Positions 10,101 through 19,290 are shown, counted from the first letter of the stretch. The stretch: 64,000 nucleotides of DNA from an uncultured Ruficoccus sp. (GCA_965140785.1 OZ223496.1:96001-160000); one strand, 5' to 3'. Program-made: numbers and translations. The notes: generated by a model from the letters alone, not told the origin.

Positions 10101-10608
10101 CGCCGGCAATGAGATTCACCCCCGGGCGGCTCGCTTTCGTCCAGAATGAAAAATATGTCTGCGTGTTTCCGGAAAATTCCGGGGACTGGATGTCCAGATA
10201 AACCGTCCTGACGCCCTTGCTGCGGGAGAGCTTGAGCGAGTGCGCGCCACTATGAGCACTCGTCGTATCGAGTTCCGGCAGCGGAGGCACGTCAGCCTCG
10301 TCCAGCGCAACCTTGGGCGTCGTCCATCCCGGGTAGTAGGGCTCCGCGCCCAGTCCAAGTTCGAACGATCCGTTCGTCAGTAAGTTCGTTTCCGGCTTCA
10401 TGTCTGTTTGTTCCGCCCTGACCTGCACAGGCACCAGGGTGGCAAGGGCTATAAATGCCGCCAAAGCGATCTGGCCTACACCCGCCTCCTTTTTCTTTTT
10501 CCGGACCATGCCCTTCGGCGTGCAGGCAGAGATTGCTCTGGATGTGATAAACGTTCGGAGGGTGAATGCAGGGGTCATTGACAAGTAACTCAGCGGGTTG
10601 ATATTCAT
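7123..10608 (-). CDS. Large secreted multidomain glycoside hydrolase (CBM4/9-like + GH39-like TIM barrel + two PA14-like domains)
   Basis: NLLTNGSFE (CBM-like), IFDWEKIEPLPGEYRW, EFLNEPN, SYHPY, LGMSEIHG, C-terminal GSDDGYTLWVNGE...LRKGRNTVLFKV; true start may lie downstream (about 10509-10578). Confidence 0.7.
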   Translation of the reverse strand: MNINPLSYLSMTPAFTLRTFITSRAISACTPKGMVRKKKKEAGVGQIALAAFIALATLVPVQVRAEQTDMKPETNLLTNGSFELGLGAEPYYPGWTTPKVALDEADVPPLPELDTTSAHSGAHSLKLSRSKGVRTVYLDIQSPEFSGNTQTYFSFWTKASRPGVNLIAGVCPPDGKGRTPNGPQIVRGKLEGEWQQWTGTLEVDDPFVPVRIEFSGGGASDYQVWIDDISWTLVPLPEAASLPRAGEVEIVLLPSARNGIHKASEPVSLRWSAQAAHATPVKMTLTVRDLTRQLPAQTLWKNTLELGTDIQQGDIPLGAMKRGAYVADVEVRDANTGTLLGAGRERFTVMTDLKQVSAPVDFNVGYHGGIEWPGSGDVSFNWRGHWSLDEFYSTNYQTGFRVQRDIFDWEKIEPLPGEYRWGPLDVRTSAAARNGCTTIICVPHKPLNMKREQYAKLMAGTDEGEGKWLYRTGTDISPYSVRSNPMGSSRDPQQRNILLAPDPGVLSDFMAEVADRYGDKIEAIEFLNEPNLYINPEGLIEYYFEPAYEMMKLVAPELPIFMNQTADFSADGNGYTGQFLRLGGAAYCDGVSYHPYGSSLLEQGGLAAAKNLETLLEQYSTPEKKLQLGMSEIHGLGGHSNMTFVRTAAVQRALLDWAIGARWSAGIVLSRNNFYEGSSPRNWFLRGPFVPGVGAAYMNGMFAALGGYRLLQRIELDDNVLVLCFEREADTSDDKQYAVAIVAAKIPLRRAELESALADVDFQAYDAFAEPMDLETPDKIQLGADALYLKSDDPALFEALKQGRITWGQDITGEIEVLSGQEAEWVIFRTGLPPKEHQTCGVLQRWTLIDEGDADFADQSPVQAGMANAEGELIWPVEQTHSVDQPLPYVVLDDGTSGQAGGVYASTSIYSPKPQELTFSWSATVPAALWLNDGDQVTLPVEDTAPVGTVKTPVTLKLHEGMNHIYVRLERGDKPAVFALNADAPSKDEPLKVDADGFIRSWYMIGPWANWRNTEGVYVGNTRRCPPERQLSEPDFSLCETGKDDLTLVWHKVDSAQPAISHPWNDAVSYAYAVVEVQSDTDCLASLGSDDGYTLWVNGELVGRNAASRSITLDEEKLPVVLRKGRNTVLFKVDDTGAGGGFALRFIDADGRLLKLKVVEP

Positions 10609-10665
10609 TTATTGGGGCGGGAATACACTGGCGCAAATCATTAACCTCTGTCAAAACGCGGCCGA

Positions 10666-10678
10666 TCGAACAGTTCGA
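10666..10678. promoter_or_regulatory. Putative LacI-family operator TCGAACAGTTCGA (copy 4)
   Basis: 3 nt before the lacI ATG; minus-strand TTGACA at 10649-10654, 11 bp away. Confidence 0.72.
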
Positions 10679-10681
10679 ATC

Positions 10682-11758
10682 ATGAAGAAAAACCCCACTA
10701 TGACCGATGTCGCCAAGAGGGCGGGCGTGGCGAAATCCACCGTTTCGCTTGCGCTACGTAACGATCCCCGGGTAACCCCCTCCCTACGGGCAAAGATCGA
10801 GCAGACCGCCAAACAGATGGGCTACCGCAGCAACCCGCTGACCGCGCGGCTCATGGCCGAACTACGCAACTCGAGAAACAACAGCTACGTGGCCACACTC
10901 GGCATGATCAACGTTTCCGCCTACGAAGATCTTGCCCAGCGAATCGCCGTCATCACAGAGCAGCTCGACGGCGCAGAGGCACGCGCCCAACAGCTCGGGT
11001 ACAAACTGGATTATTTCTGGCTCGACCAACCGAAAGTCACGCCCCGGCGGCTGGCCAGCATCCTGGCAGCCAGAAATATTCAGGGCGTGGCGTTTTACGG
11101 AATCCGGGACGATGAGGCGTTGCTGCGTTGCGAGCCGATCTGGACCACCCTGCCGACTGTCGTCATCGGCTCGCACCCCGAATTCCCGCCTTTGAATTTC
11201 ATCGCCAACGATCACTATGCCACCGCCGTTCAAGCCTACCAACACCTGGCACAGGCCGGCTATCGTCGCATCGGTATCGTACTGGACAAATGGTTGGACA
11301 CCCTCCTCGAGCACCGCTACATCGCTGGCTACAGAACCTGTGTCGGTGAAACCCCGGATGCCCCTCCCATCCTCTACCTCGAAGACCCCCAGGAGAAACC
11401 CCGCCCCGAAGGCAAGAAACGTTTTTTTGACTGGATGAGGACGCACAAGCCTGACGCCTGCATCTGCATCAATAGCTTTATCCTGGACTGGACCGATGAG
11501 CTCGGGCTGAAGGTGCCCGACGAGTTCGGAATCGCCCTGTTGGACCTCTCCACCGAATTCAAGGAAAAGGGGGTCGCCGGTATGTACAACAGCGCGAGCT
11601 GGCTGGGGATGAAATCCGTGGACTCGCTGATCAGCCAGCTCCACCGCAATGAATACGGCGTCCCGCCTTTCCAGAGCGGCATCCTCGTCGAGGGCCAGTG
11701 GAACCCGGGCTACACCGTGCGCCCTCCGTCCCCTACTGCAACAGCTCCCCGACGATGA
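10682..11758 (+). CDS. LacI-family transcriptional regulator
   Basis: PTMTDVAKRAGVAKSTVSLALRN HTH, MGYRSNP hinge region, periplasmic-binding-fold C-terminus. Confidence 0.93.
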   Translation: MKKNPTMTDVAKRAGVAKSTVSLALRNDPRVTPSLRAKIEQTAKQMGYRSNPLTARLMAELRNSRNNSYVATLGMINVSAYEDLAQRIAVITEQLDGAEARAQQLGYKLDYFWLDQPKVTPRRLASILAARNIQGVAFYGIRDDEALLRCEPIWTTLPTVVIGSHPEFPPLNFIANDHYATAVQAYQHLAQAGYRRIGIVLDKWLDTLLEHRYIAGYRTCVGETPDAPPILYLEDPQEKPRPEGKKRFFDWMRTHKPDACICINSFILDWTDELGLKVPDEFGIALLDLSTEFKEKGVAGMYNSASWLGMKSVDSLISQLHRNEYGVPPFQSGILVEGQWNPGYTVRPPSPTATAPRR

Positions 11759-13085
11759 GGACCGCCCCCGGGTACCACACCTGGGGGGCGTATTTTTCGG
11801 GATGCTCCTTAATATCCTGGCTGCCTCTTTGATAAAGAATGGAGGCCTTGTCGAGTGGCTTGTCCAGCACACGAATGGTAACGTCGTGGACGCCGTTCTC
11901 AAGATTATCGCAGACATTCATCAGCGACAGTCGGTGGTAAGTGCAATAGCCGTCAATGCGTTTGATCTCGCGGGACTGGCCATCGACCGTAACCTCCAAC
12001 AGGCCGCCGTCAGGACCGATCACATCGAAGATCGCCGCCTTGGTCCCTTTAAAGCGGAAATGCATGCTGGCTCCGGGCTCCAGACGATAAAGTGGCTGCA
12101 CCCGGTTCGCGAAACTCCGGGCCAGCTTGTCGTCCTCCTGCGTCAGGTTCTGATAAGGCCCCGACAGGAACGACTCGGGGATGGCGTAGCGTTTGGCCGC
12201 TTCCCAGTTGTCCTCGCGCACGGGCGCACCCAGTGTATGGGGGACATCCGCCTCCTCCTCACGCATCTGCTCCATGGCCCGGATTAGCGCCTGCGTGTAG
12301 AGCACGTGCCCGGTCTCCGGATAGGGATGCGTGCCGTCCTTGGAAAATACGATACGCCCCTGCTCATCGGTGGCGATTTCGGCGGACTCGTTTAACTCGT
12401 CGCCGGAAACGCTTGTCATCGGAGCGCCCCCTCTCATCACGAGTTTCCCCGCTGCCTCCATCTGCGCGACCTTCAGCCCCAGATGGATGCTCGGTATCCC
12501 ATAATAGTCTGCCACCGCTTCCATCACACTGGCCGACTGTTTCATCTTACCGGCCGCCAGTTCCCGGCTTTCCCGCGCCGTTACCGTATAGACGAAGCAA
12601 ATATCCGTGTTGGGAAACTGAGCCCAGGTCTTGCGCACGATCCCCTCCATCGCCTTAACGATAACAGCAGGCTTCGTCTTGGAGTCATTGACCGCGAACT
12701 CGACAAAGAGCAAATCCGGCTTCTGGTCCAAGGCGTCCTCCTGCATCCGGAATACGCCGAGCTCCGAACCAGTCCCGCCGATAGCGGCATGAACGCCCTC
12801 TAACTCGGCCTGTGGATACTGCTCCTGAAACCAGTCCAGGCTCTGGACACGCCAGCCCGCCTGCGCGGTGATACTGCCCCCCAGATACGCGATGGTCACC
12901 TTTTGCCCGGCTTCCAGCTTCCTGAAGAAGTTAGGCAAGCCGTCACGCTGAGTGAACTCCACGGAGTCCCGCAAGGGGTAACTGTCCGCAGCGGTTTCCT
13001 GCGCATGGGCCCAGCCCAAAGCGGCCATGAACAGGCCAAGAGAACAGGTAATACGGAGAAGGGAGGGATGATGAATGAAGGACAT
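11733..13085 (-). CDS. Secreted SGNH/GDSL hydrolase (carbohydrate esterase-like)
   Basis: IAYLGGSIT, AAIGGTGS, FVEFAVND and DGTHP blocks; signal peptide. Confidence 0.85.
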   Translation of the reverse strand: MSFIHHPSLLRITCSLGLFMAALGWAHAQETAADSYPLRDSVEFTQRDGLPNFFRKLEAGQKVTIAYLGGSITAQAGWRVQSLDWFQEQYPQAELEGVHAAIGGTGSELGVFRMQEDALDQKPDLLFVEFAVNDSKTKPAVIVKAMEGIVRKTWAQFPNTDICFVYTVTARESRELAAGKMKQSASVMEAVADYYGIPSIHLGLKVAQMEAAGKLVMRGGAPMTSVSGDELNESAEIATDEQGRIVFSKDGTHPYPETGHVLYTQALIRAMEQMREEEADVPHTLGAPVREDNWEAAKRYAIPESFLSGPYQNLTQEDDKLARSFANRVQPLYRLEPGASMHFRFKGTKAAIFDVIGPDGGLLEVTVDGQSREIKRIDGYCTYHRLSLMNVCDNLENGVHDVTIRVLDKPLDKASILYQRGSQDIKEHPEKYAPQVWYPGAVLIVGELLQ

Positions 13086-13233
13086 GGGTATGATTGGTAG
13101 GTCGTGTGAACGGATTTGCGGCACGGGGTTCACAAACTGGCGACCGAGCAGGCTGATGGCCGCATGCTCGATCTTTCGGTAGCATTAAGGGAGACCTATC
13201 GACAAAGGCCAAGGCTTTACTCCGACCCACTCT

Positions 13234-13246
13234 TCGAACCGTTCGC
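13234..13246. promoter_or_regulatory. Putative LacI-family operator TCGAACCGTTCGC (copy 5)
   Basis: 12/13 match to copy 1; upstream of the SGNH gene. Confidence 0.6.
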
Positions 13247-13309
13247 TCCTCCGGCAAATGGACCACAAACGCACCGGTTGATCAAACGACATCCAAGCCA
13301 AAATCGTGT

Positions 13310-14170
13310 TCAAGCCCGTAGGCCGACGGCAGGGTGTTTTCTGAATGCGGCGGGCGAGTGCCCCATCACCTTCTTATACTGGCGGGAAAAGAAAAATTCG
13401 TCCCGGTACCCGCACTCCTCCGCGATCTGCGCCAGACTCATGGCGGTCTCCCGCAACAGGGCGGACGCCTGATCGACGCGGGCCTGAATCACGAACTGCG
13501 TCGGTGAAGATCCCGTCAGCCGGCGAAACTTTTCATTGAGCAATGAGGTGCCCATGTGTGCCTGCTCACACAGGACTGCCAGCGACCAGTCGGAACCGGG
13601 GCGCGAGCGGATTTCACTGATCAGCTCCTCGATTTGCCAATCAGCGGGATTGGCCGGCGTGAGGTGGGATTGACGCCACAAATGTTCCAGCAGACAGAGC
13701 ATGAATCGCTCTTTGAGTTGCGGCAAAGCTGTGTCCGGCCCCCGGCAACTCGTCTGGAAAATTCCCAGAAAGCCTCGCAGCGAGGCGATATCGCGCAGGT
13801 GGATTCCCCGGCAGGCATCAACCACGGGATCAAAGGCTTTACAGGCCGCCGAATCCGGCAGAAAATGCATACTCCAAACCTCCAGGGGATGGACGGGATC
13901 ATGGCGACCGGACACGAATTCTCCCGGCCTGAGAATAAAGACCTGGGGAGCGGTAATGGCCCAAACCTCCTCGTCGATCTTAAGCGTACCCTTTCCACTC
14001 AGAACAACCCATACATTGTAGTCCTGCCACTGCAAATCACAGCGCCATTCGGAATGGCACAGGTGCCGGAGCAAGGTGCCAGTCTGGGCCAGGCCCGTGA
14101 GCGGAAAGCCTCTTGGAGATCGGTCTTTATCCACAGGTAAAAACTGCAAATAACCCGTAAGATTGTCCAT
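13310..14170 (-). CDS. AraC-family regulator
   Basis: N-terminal cupin; C-terminal LAQIAEECGYRDEFFFSRQYKKVMGHSPAAFR. Confidence 0.9.
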   Translation of the reverse strand: MDNLTGYLQFLPVDKDRSPRGFPLTGLAQTGTLLRHLCHSEWRCDLQWQDYNVWVVLSGKGTLKIDEEVWAITAPQVFILRPGEFVSGRHDPVHPLEVWSMHFLPDSAACKAFDPVVDACRGIHLRDIASLRGFLGIFQTSCRGPDTALPQLKERFMLCLLEHLWRQSHLTPANPADWQIEELISEIRSRPGSDWSLAVLCEQAHMGTSLLNEKFRRLTGSSPTQFVIQARVDQASALLRETAMSLAQIAEECGYRDEFFFSRQYKKVMGHSPAAFRKHPAVGLRA

Positions 14171-14231
14171 GTTTTTTTAAAAAATAAATGCTATCATTTA
14201 TCGACAAATTTCCCACTCCGACATTGGTCCC

Positions 14232-15881
14232 ATGACCCCGATCACCGAACCTCCTTCCCTCAGCCCGATAGCCCCTGAGGATATCGAGAAACGACTCGCC
14301 CAGGTAAAATCCGAAGCCGTCCGATGGCTGCAAGGTCGACGTCGCCAGGATGGCTTCAGTTTCTGCGAGCATGCGTTTACCGCCAGCGAGCTGAATGCCA
14401 CAACCGGAGGCGTCGAGCTGTGGACACTGCTGGGCCTTCCCTTGACGGCGGACGAAAGGGGCGGCTGGGTTCGCCGGTTGCAGTCCTATCAAAATCCGGA
14501 AACCGGCCTGGTTACCGACCCGACGTGGCAGGACCGCCAAATCAATCGCAACCCGTCTCAGTTGAAAGACGGGGACACTTTCTTCACCATGACCTGTGCC
14601 GCCGCACTGGAGGCGCTCGGCGCTTGCTACGACCATCCCGTGGCCTACTTACAGGATCTGAGTGCGGAGCGCCTGGTGGCCTCGCCGGATTGGGGAATCG
14701 CGGCCCACCACCCGTTTGCCATCGGTGACTACGGCCGCCTCATCCGCGTCAATCTGGCGCTCGGTATTTCCGGCGCTCAGGATCAGTGGGAGGCGCTCCT
14801 GCGCTGCACGGCAGAGTGGCAGGACCCGCTCACCGGTCTCTGGCCTGCCGGGCACGAACGTACCCCCTTGACCCCGGCCATCAATCGCAGCTTTCACGTT
14901 CTGCGCGCGACTTGGAATCTCTGCGACGCTCCCTGCCTGAAGCCGGACGCCATCATAGACTCCTGCCTGGAAGCTTCCACGGACGCGCGCTTCTATGGCT
15001 GGGAGCCCGGCTACGCCTGCAACGATCTCGACTTGGCCCATATCCTGTACACGGCCTGTTGCCAGAGCGATCACTGCCGGGAGGAGGTCCGGCAGTGGGC
15101 ACTTCGCCAACTGCCCATGATCCTTGCAGTACAGAAGCCCGACGGCGGCTTTTCCTTCCGCCATACGCGCAGCATGGAAGACCATGGCGGTATCCGTATG
15201 TCACCCGGACAGGCCGAAGGCGACACTTGGGGCACCCTGATGTACCTGGGCACGGTCAAGATGATGGCCGAGCTGGCCTATCCAGGCATTCGTGCTCCGT
15301 GGGCATACAGCCGCGTTCATGCCGTTCCCACCCCCGACGCAAGCCTAACCATGAGCGAGAATCCACAGGGTACCACCACTCTACCGGGCGAAAAAATTTC
15401 GATCGGCGCAGGCACGACCATTGAGCCGGGAGCCCGGCTCGACGCGACCAGTGGGGAGATCACGCTGGGCAAGAACTGCCTGGTTCTCCAAGGCGCACTC
15501 CTGCTCCCCTACGACGGTTTTATCCGCATGGGCGACGACTGCTCGATCAACCCGTACTGCGTCATCTACGGACATGGCGGACTGACCATCGGCAACGGCG
15601 TACGTATTGCCACGCACACCGTTATCATTCCGGCCAATCACCGCTTCGATGACCCCGACATACCCATTTTCCGCCAGGGGCTTTCCTGCAAAGGCGTGAC
15701 CATCGAGGACGATGTGTGGATCGGCTGCCATGTCTCGATTTTGGACGGCGCACACATCGGACGCGGATCGGTCATCGCCGCGGGCAGCGTGGTTCGCGGC
15801 AGGGTCGAGCCCTATTCCGTTATGGGCGGCGTACCTGCCAAGTTGCTGAAAAAGCGTAACGCTCCCGGCAGCAACCGTTAA
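14232..15881 (+). CDS. Prenyltransferase/squalene-cyclase-like alpha-barrel protein joined to a hexapeptide-repeat O-acyltransferase (possibly two genes)
   Basis: QNPETG, QDPLTGLW and QKPDGGFS repeats; from M at 15351 LbH repeats (TIGNGVRIA, IEDDVWIG, IGRGSVIAAGSVV, GGVPAK). Confidence 0.6.
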   Translation: MTPITEPPSLSPIAPEDIEKRLAQVKSEAVRWLQGRRRQDGFSFCEHAFTASELNATTGGVELWTLLGLPLTADERGGWVRRLQSYQNPETGLVTDPTWQDRQINRNPSQLKDGDTFFTMTCAAALEALGACYDHPVAYLQDLSAERLVASPDWGIAAHHPFAIGDYGRLIRVNLALGISGAQDQWEALLRCTAEWQDPLTGLWPAGHERTPLTPAINRSFHVLRATWNLCDAPCLKPDAIIDSCLEASTDARFYGWEPGYACNDLDLAHILYTACCQSDHCREEVRQWALRQLPMILAVQKPDGGFSFRHTRSMEDHGGIRMSPGQAEGDTWGTLMYLGTVKMMAELAYPGIRAPWAYSRVHAVPTPDASLTMSENPQGTTTLPGEKISIGAGTTIEPGARLDATSGEITLGKNCLVLQGALLLPYDGFIRMGDDCSINPYCVIYGHGGLTIGNGVRIATHTVIIPANHRFDDPDIPIFRQGLSCKGVTIEDDVWIGCHVSILDGAHIGRGSVIAAGSVVRGRVEPYSVMGGVPAKLLKKRNAPGSNR

Positions 15882-15908
15882 TTTAGCTCAACATCTGTTT
15901 ATACCATC

Positions 15909-17033
15909 ATGACAAAAGCAATCTATCAACCGAACTGCGAATCCACCGCATCGAAGGCGCTGGTTTTCGCCCCCCAGAACCTTGCGCACTTCCGCCAGCG
16001 CATCCTGGATACCCCGCCGGCTGACATTAAAGCCGGCTGGGAAGATGTGCTGATCCCTCAGGGCGTGCTCCTCGCCGCCAAGGCCTGGCAGGACGCCGAG
16101 CTGTTCGATTGGGTGGACCGTTGGCTTTCCTGCCATTCTCAGGTCGGCTTCGTCGATTGGGGCCATTTCCTGCCGCCGGAGGCGGGCATCCCGCGCAGCG
16201 GCTACTGCGGGCATTGGGGCTTCCCGCTGGTGGCGGCCCGTCGTCTGGCGGATCGTCCGGACGAACGGCAACACCAACAGATGATCGACATCTGTGAGTA
16301 CATCCTCCACACGGCCAAACGGCTGCGCGACGGCATTCTGGCTCATGCGGTTTTCCCCCAACTCGACATCCCCAACCTCAGCGAACGGGCCTGGGTCGAT
16401 ACGCTTTACTACTCCTCCTCCGTCCTGGCGGAAACCTACACACTGACCGGTAACGACGCCTACCTGGAGGAAGCCGGGCGCCAATGCCTGCTGCATGCCA
16501 AGTATCTGCAGGACAAAACCACCGGGGCATTCTTCCACGACATCGATCCAGCCACCGGTATCCGCCCGCTCGGCTTCTGGTCGCGGGGGAACGGATGGAT
16601 CATCCTTGGCCTGGCCGACACGCTTCGCCACGCGCCGGAGGATTGGCCGATGCGGGAGGAAATCTTGGATATTTACCGCACACTTGCCACGGCGCTGCTT
16701 CGCTGGCAGCACCCCTGCGGGCTTTGGCGCATCATGCCCGATGTCGCAGAGTCGCACCTGGAAACCAGCGGAACGGCCATGATCGCCGGTGGCCTCGCGA
16801 TCGGTATCGGCGAGGGATGGCTGGAGCCCAGCGTAAGCGCCCAAGTGCGCAAGGCTATCGAGGAACTGGTCACCTGGGTCAATACCGAAGGCAGACTCCA
16901 GGGTGCGCAGCGCCCGGCGGGCATGGGCGGTTGGGAAACCCACAAACTCTCCACTCTCGGCGAATGCACCTACGCCACGGGCTTTTTCCTACGCCTGCTG
17001 GCTGAAGCCAAAAACTACAACCTTCTGTCATGA
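15909..17033 (+). CDS. GH105/GH88 unsaturated uronyl hydrolase
   Basis: WVDTLYY, FWSRGNGW and ETSGTAM motifs. Confidence 0.85.
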   Translation: MTKAIYQPNCESTASKALVFAPQNLAHFRQRILDTPPADIKAGWEDVLIPQGVLLAAKAWQDAELFDWVDRWLSCHSQVGFVDWGHFLPPEAGIPRSGYCGHWGFPLVAARRLADRPDERQHQQMIDICEYILHTAKRLRDGILAHAVFPQLDIPNLSERAWVDTLYYSSSVLAETYTLTGNDAYLEEAGRQCLLHAKYLQDKTTGAFFHDIDPATGIRPLGFWSRGNGWIILGLADTLRHAPEDWPMREEILDIYRTLATALLRWQHPCGLWRIMPDVAESHLETSGTAMIAGGLAIGIGEGWLEPSVSAQVRKAIEELVTWVNTEGRLQGAQRPAGMGGWETHKLSTLGECTYATGFFLRLLAEAKNYNLLS

Positions 17034-17854
17034 TGAGCGAAAAGAACAAACAAAGCATCCCCTATTTCGAAACGGTCTCCCGGGAGCCGGGCTGCAATAC
17101 CCTGAGCGCCAATACCTGCGAGATCATTGACTTCAACCTGGTCGTGCTCCGCGCCGGTGAATCCTACAGCTTCAATACCGAGTCGAGAGAATACGGCCTG
17201 GTCGTGCTGAAGGGGACCGTGGATTATCAAATCAATGGGCAAAAATTCGAGCAGGTCGGAAAGCGCAGCTCCGTCTTCACCCAACTGCCCACCTGCGCCT
17301 ATGCCGGCTGCGGCTCCGAGGTGAAGATCGACGCCCGCGAGGATGCGGAGGTCGCGCTCGCCTCAGCGATCAGCTCCACCCCGATCGAGCCGTACCTGAT
17401 CACCCAGGACCAGTGCGGGCTCGGCCATTGGGGTGAGGGCAACACGCTCCGGCATTTCCGCGGCATGCTCGGACGGGACACTCCAAGCGAACGGCTCTGG
17501 CTGACGGAGGTCATCGTACGCGACGGGCGCTGGGCCACCTACCCCCCTCACAAGCACGAGGACGTACCCGGCGACCTGTTTCAGGAGGAGATGTATTATT
17601 ACCGAGTTTCCCCGGAGGAAGGATTCGGCTTCTGCGCCGAGTTCGAGGGCCTGGTCGGCGCGGACTGCGCGTACATGATTCGCAACAGCACCATCCACAA
17701 GATGCCCCACGGCTACCACACGGTGGTCAGCGCTCCCGGCTATCAGATCTACTACCTCGCCGTGTACGCCGGACGGGACAAGGGGCACCAGCCCTCGCCG
17801 CATCCCGCGCACGTGAACGCGAAGAGCAACCCGATGCCGAACCCGTTTATCTAA
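17030..17854 (+). CDS. iolB: IolB/KduI-family 5-deoxy-glucuronate isomerase
   Basis: [34 protein letters not shown]. Confidence 0.8.
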   Translation: MMSEKNKQSIPYFETVSREPGCNTLSANTCEIIDFNLVVLRAGESYSFNTESREYGLVVLKGTVDYQINGQKFEQVGKRSSVFTQLPTCAYAGCGSEVKIDAREDAEVALASAISSTPIEPYLITQDQCGLGHWGEGNTLRHFRGMLGRDTPSERLWLTEVIVRDGRWATYPPHKHEDVPGDLFQEEMYYYRVSPEEGFGFCAEFEGLVGADCAYMIRNSTIHKMPHGYHTVVSAPGYQIYYLAVYAGRDKGHQPSPHPAHVNAKSNPMPNPFI

Positions 17855-17862
17855 ACCCTCCC

Positions 17863-18522
17863 ATGCCCACCATCCGCACACTCCCTTTTGAGCAAATCCG
17901 GCGCGAACTATACTCGCCCGTCATTGGCGACATACTCGACCAGCACGGCTATTATCACCAGTTTCTGCCGCGCGAGGTGCAGCCCATGCTGCCGGAAATG
18001 AAGCTCGTGGGTCGGGCCATGCCCGTGCTGATGAGCGATGTCTACGGCCCCCAAAAAAAGCCCTTCGGGCTGCTGACGGAGGCTCTCGACCAACTCGAAC
18101 CCGGTGAAATCTACGTGGGCAGCATGCCCTCCTGCACCTGCTCGTGCTGGGGAGAGATTCTGACGGCCACGGCAAAAGCCCATGGCGCCGTCGGAGCCGT
18201 GCTTAACGCGCCTCACCGCGACACCCCCATGGTACTGGAGCAGGACTGGCCGGTGTTCAGCACGGGCCGCTTCGCTCAGGACTCCGGGCCGCGGATGGCG
18301 GTCATTGACTACCGCCTGCCGATCGAGATCGGGGCCACGGTGGTCCGCCCCGGCGATCTCATCTTCGGCGACCTGGACGGTGTCCTGGTGGTACCGCAGG
18401 AAATCGAGGAGGTCGTCATCAAAGAAGCGCTGGAAAAGGCCCGCGGCGAAAAACGCGTACGCAAGGCAATCGAGGGCGGCATGTCGGCCACTCAAGCCTT
18501 CAAGGAATTCGGCATCCTGTAA
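17863..18522 (+). CDS. RraA-family / HMG-CHA-type aldolase
   Basis: [30 protein letters not shown]. Confidence 0.85.
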   Translation: MPTIRTLPFEQIRRELYSPVIGDILDQHGYYHQFLPREVQPMLPEMKLVGRAMPVLMSDVYGPQKKPFGLLTEALDQLEPGEIYVGSMPSCTCSCWGEILTATAKAHGAVGAVLNAPHRDTPMVLEQDWPVFSTGRFAQDSGPRMAVIDYRLPIEIGATVVRPGDLIFGDLDGVLVVPQEIEEVVIKEALEKARGEKRVRKAIEGGMSATQAFKEFGIL

Positions 18523-18525
18523 GTT

Positions 18526-19290
18526 ATGGATCTGGAACAAGCTTTTGACCTGAACGGTCGCACAGCCCTCATCACCGGCGGGGCCACCGGTCTCGGCTAT
18601 GCCATGGCCCAGGCGCTGAGCGCCTGCGGAGCCCGGGTCGTCATCTGCGGACGACGGGAAGAGGAACTCGAACGCGCCATCGCCGGCCTCGGATCCAACG
18701 CCTCCTTTCGCGTCCACGACGTCACGCAGATTCAGAAAGCCGACGCCTTCATCTCGGAGTTAGAAGAAACGTTCGGGCCACTCGACATCCTGATTAACAA
18801 CGCGGGCAAACATCTGAAAAAGCCTGCGGTCGAAATTAACGACGCGGAGTTTCAAGGGGTGCTCGATGTCCACCTCAAGGCGGGCTTCGCCCTGAGCCAG
18901 GCCGCCGCCAGGCGGATGCTCCCCCGGAGCCGGGGAAGTATTCTCTTCATCGCCTCTATGGCGTCGATCTTTGGCTTCCCGCTCGTAGCCGCCTACACTG
19001 CGGCTAAATCCGCCCTCTCCGGACTGGTACGGGAGCTGGCGGTGGAGTGGTCGCCCTCGGGCGTGCGTGTCAACGCGATCGCACCCGGCTGGATCGAATC
19101 CGAAATGATGAACGCAGCCATGCGCGGGGACCCCAAGCGCAAAGAAAAAATCCTCACCCGCACCGCGATGGGAACTTTTGGCCAGCCCGAAGATGTCGGC
19201 TGGGCCGCCGCCTATTTGTGTTCACCCGCGGCGAAGTTCGTAACTGGCACCTGCCTCGTGGTCGATGGCGGCGTCAGCATCGGTTTTTAA
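18526..19290 (+). CDS. SDR oxidoreductase (gluconate 5-dehydrogenase/KduD-like)
   Basis: TGGATGLG, NNAG, YTAAK, NAIAPGW. Confidence 0.85.
   Translation: MDLEQAFDLNGRTALITGGATGLGYAMAQALSACGARVVICGRREEELERAIAGLGSNASFRVHDVTQIQKADAFISELEETFGPLDILINNAGKHLKKPAVEINDAEFQGVLDVHLKAGFALSQAAARRMLPRSRGSILFIASMASIFGFPLVAAYTAAKSALSGLVRELAVEWSPSGVRVNAIAPGWIESEMMNAAMRGDPKRKEKILTRTAMGTFGQPEDVGWAAAYLCSPAAKFVTGTCLVVDGGVSIGF

Noticed and set aside
11733..11758. 26-nt overlap of the convergent lacI and SGNH 3' ends
   Set aside because: Short convergent overlaps are common; no evidence of a function
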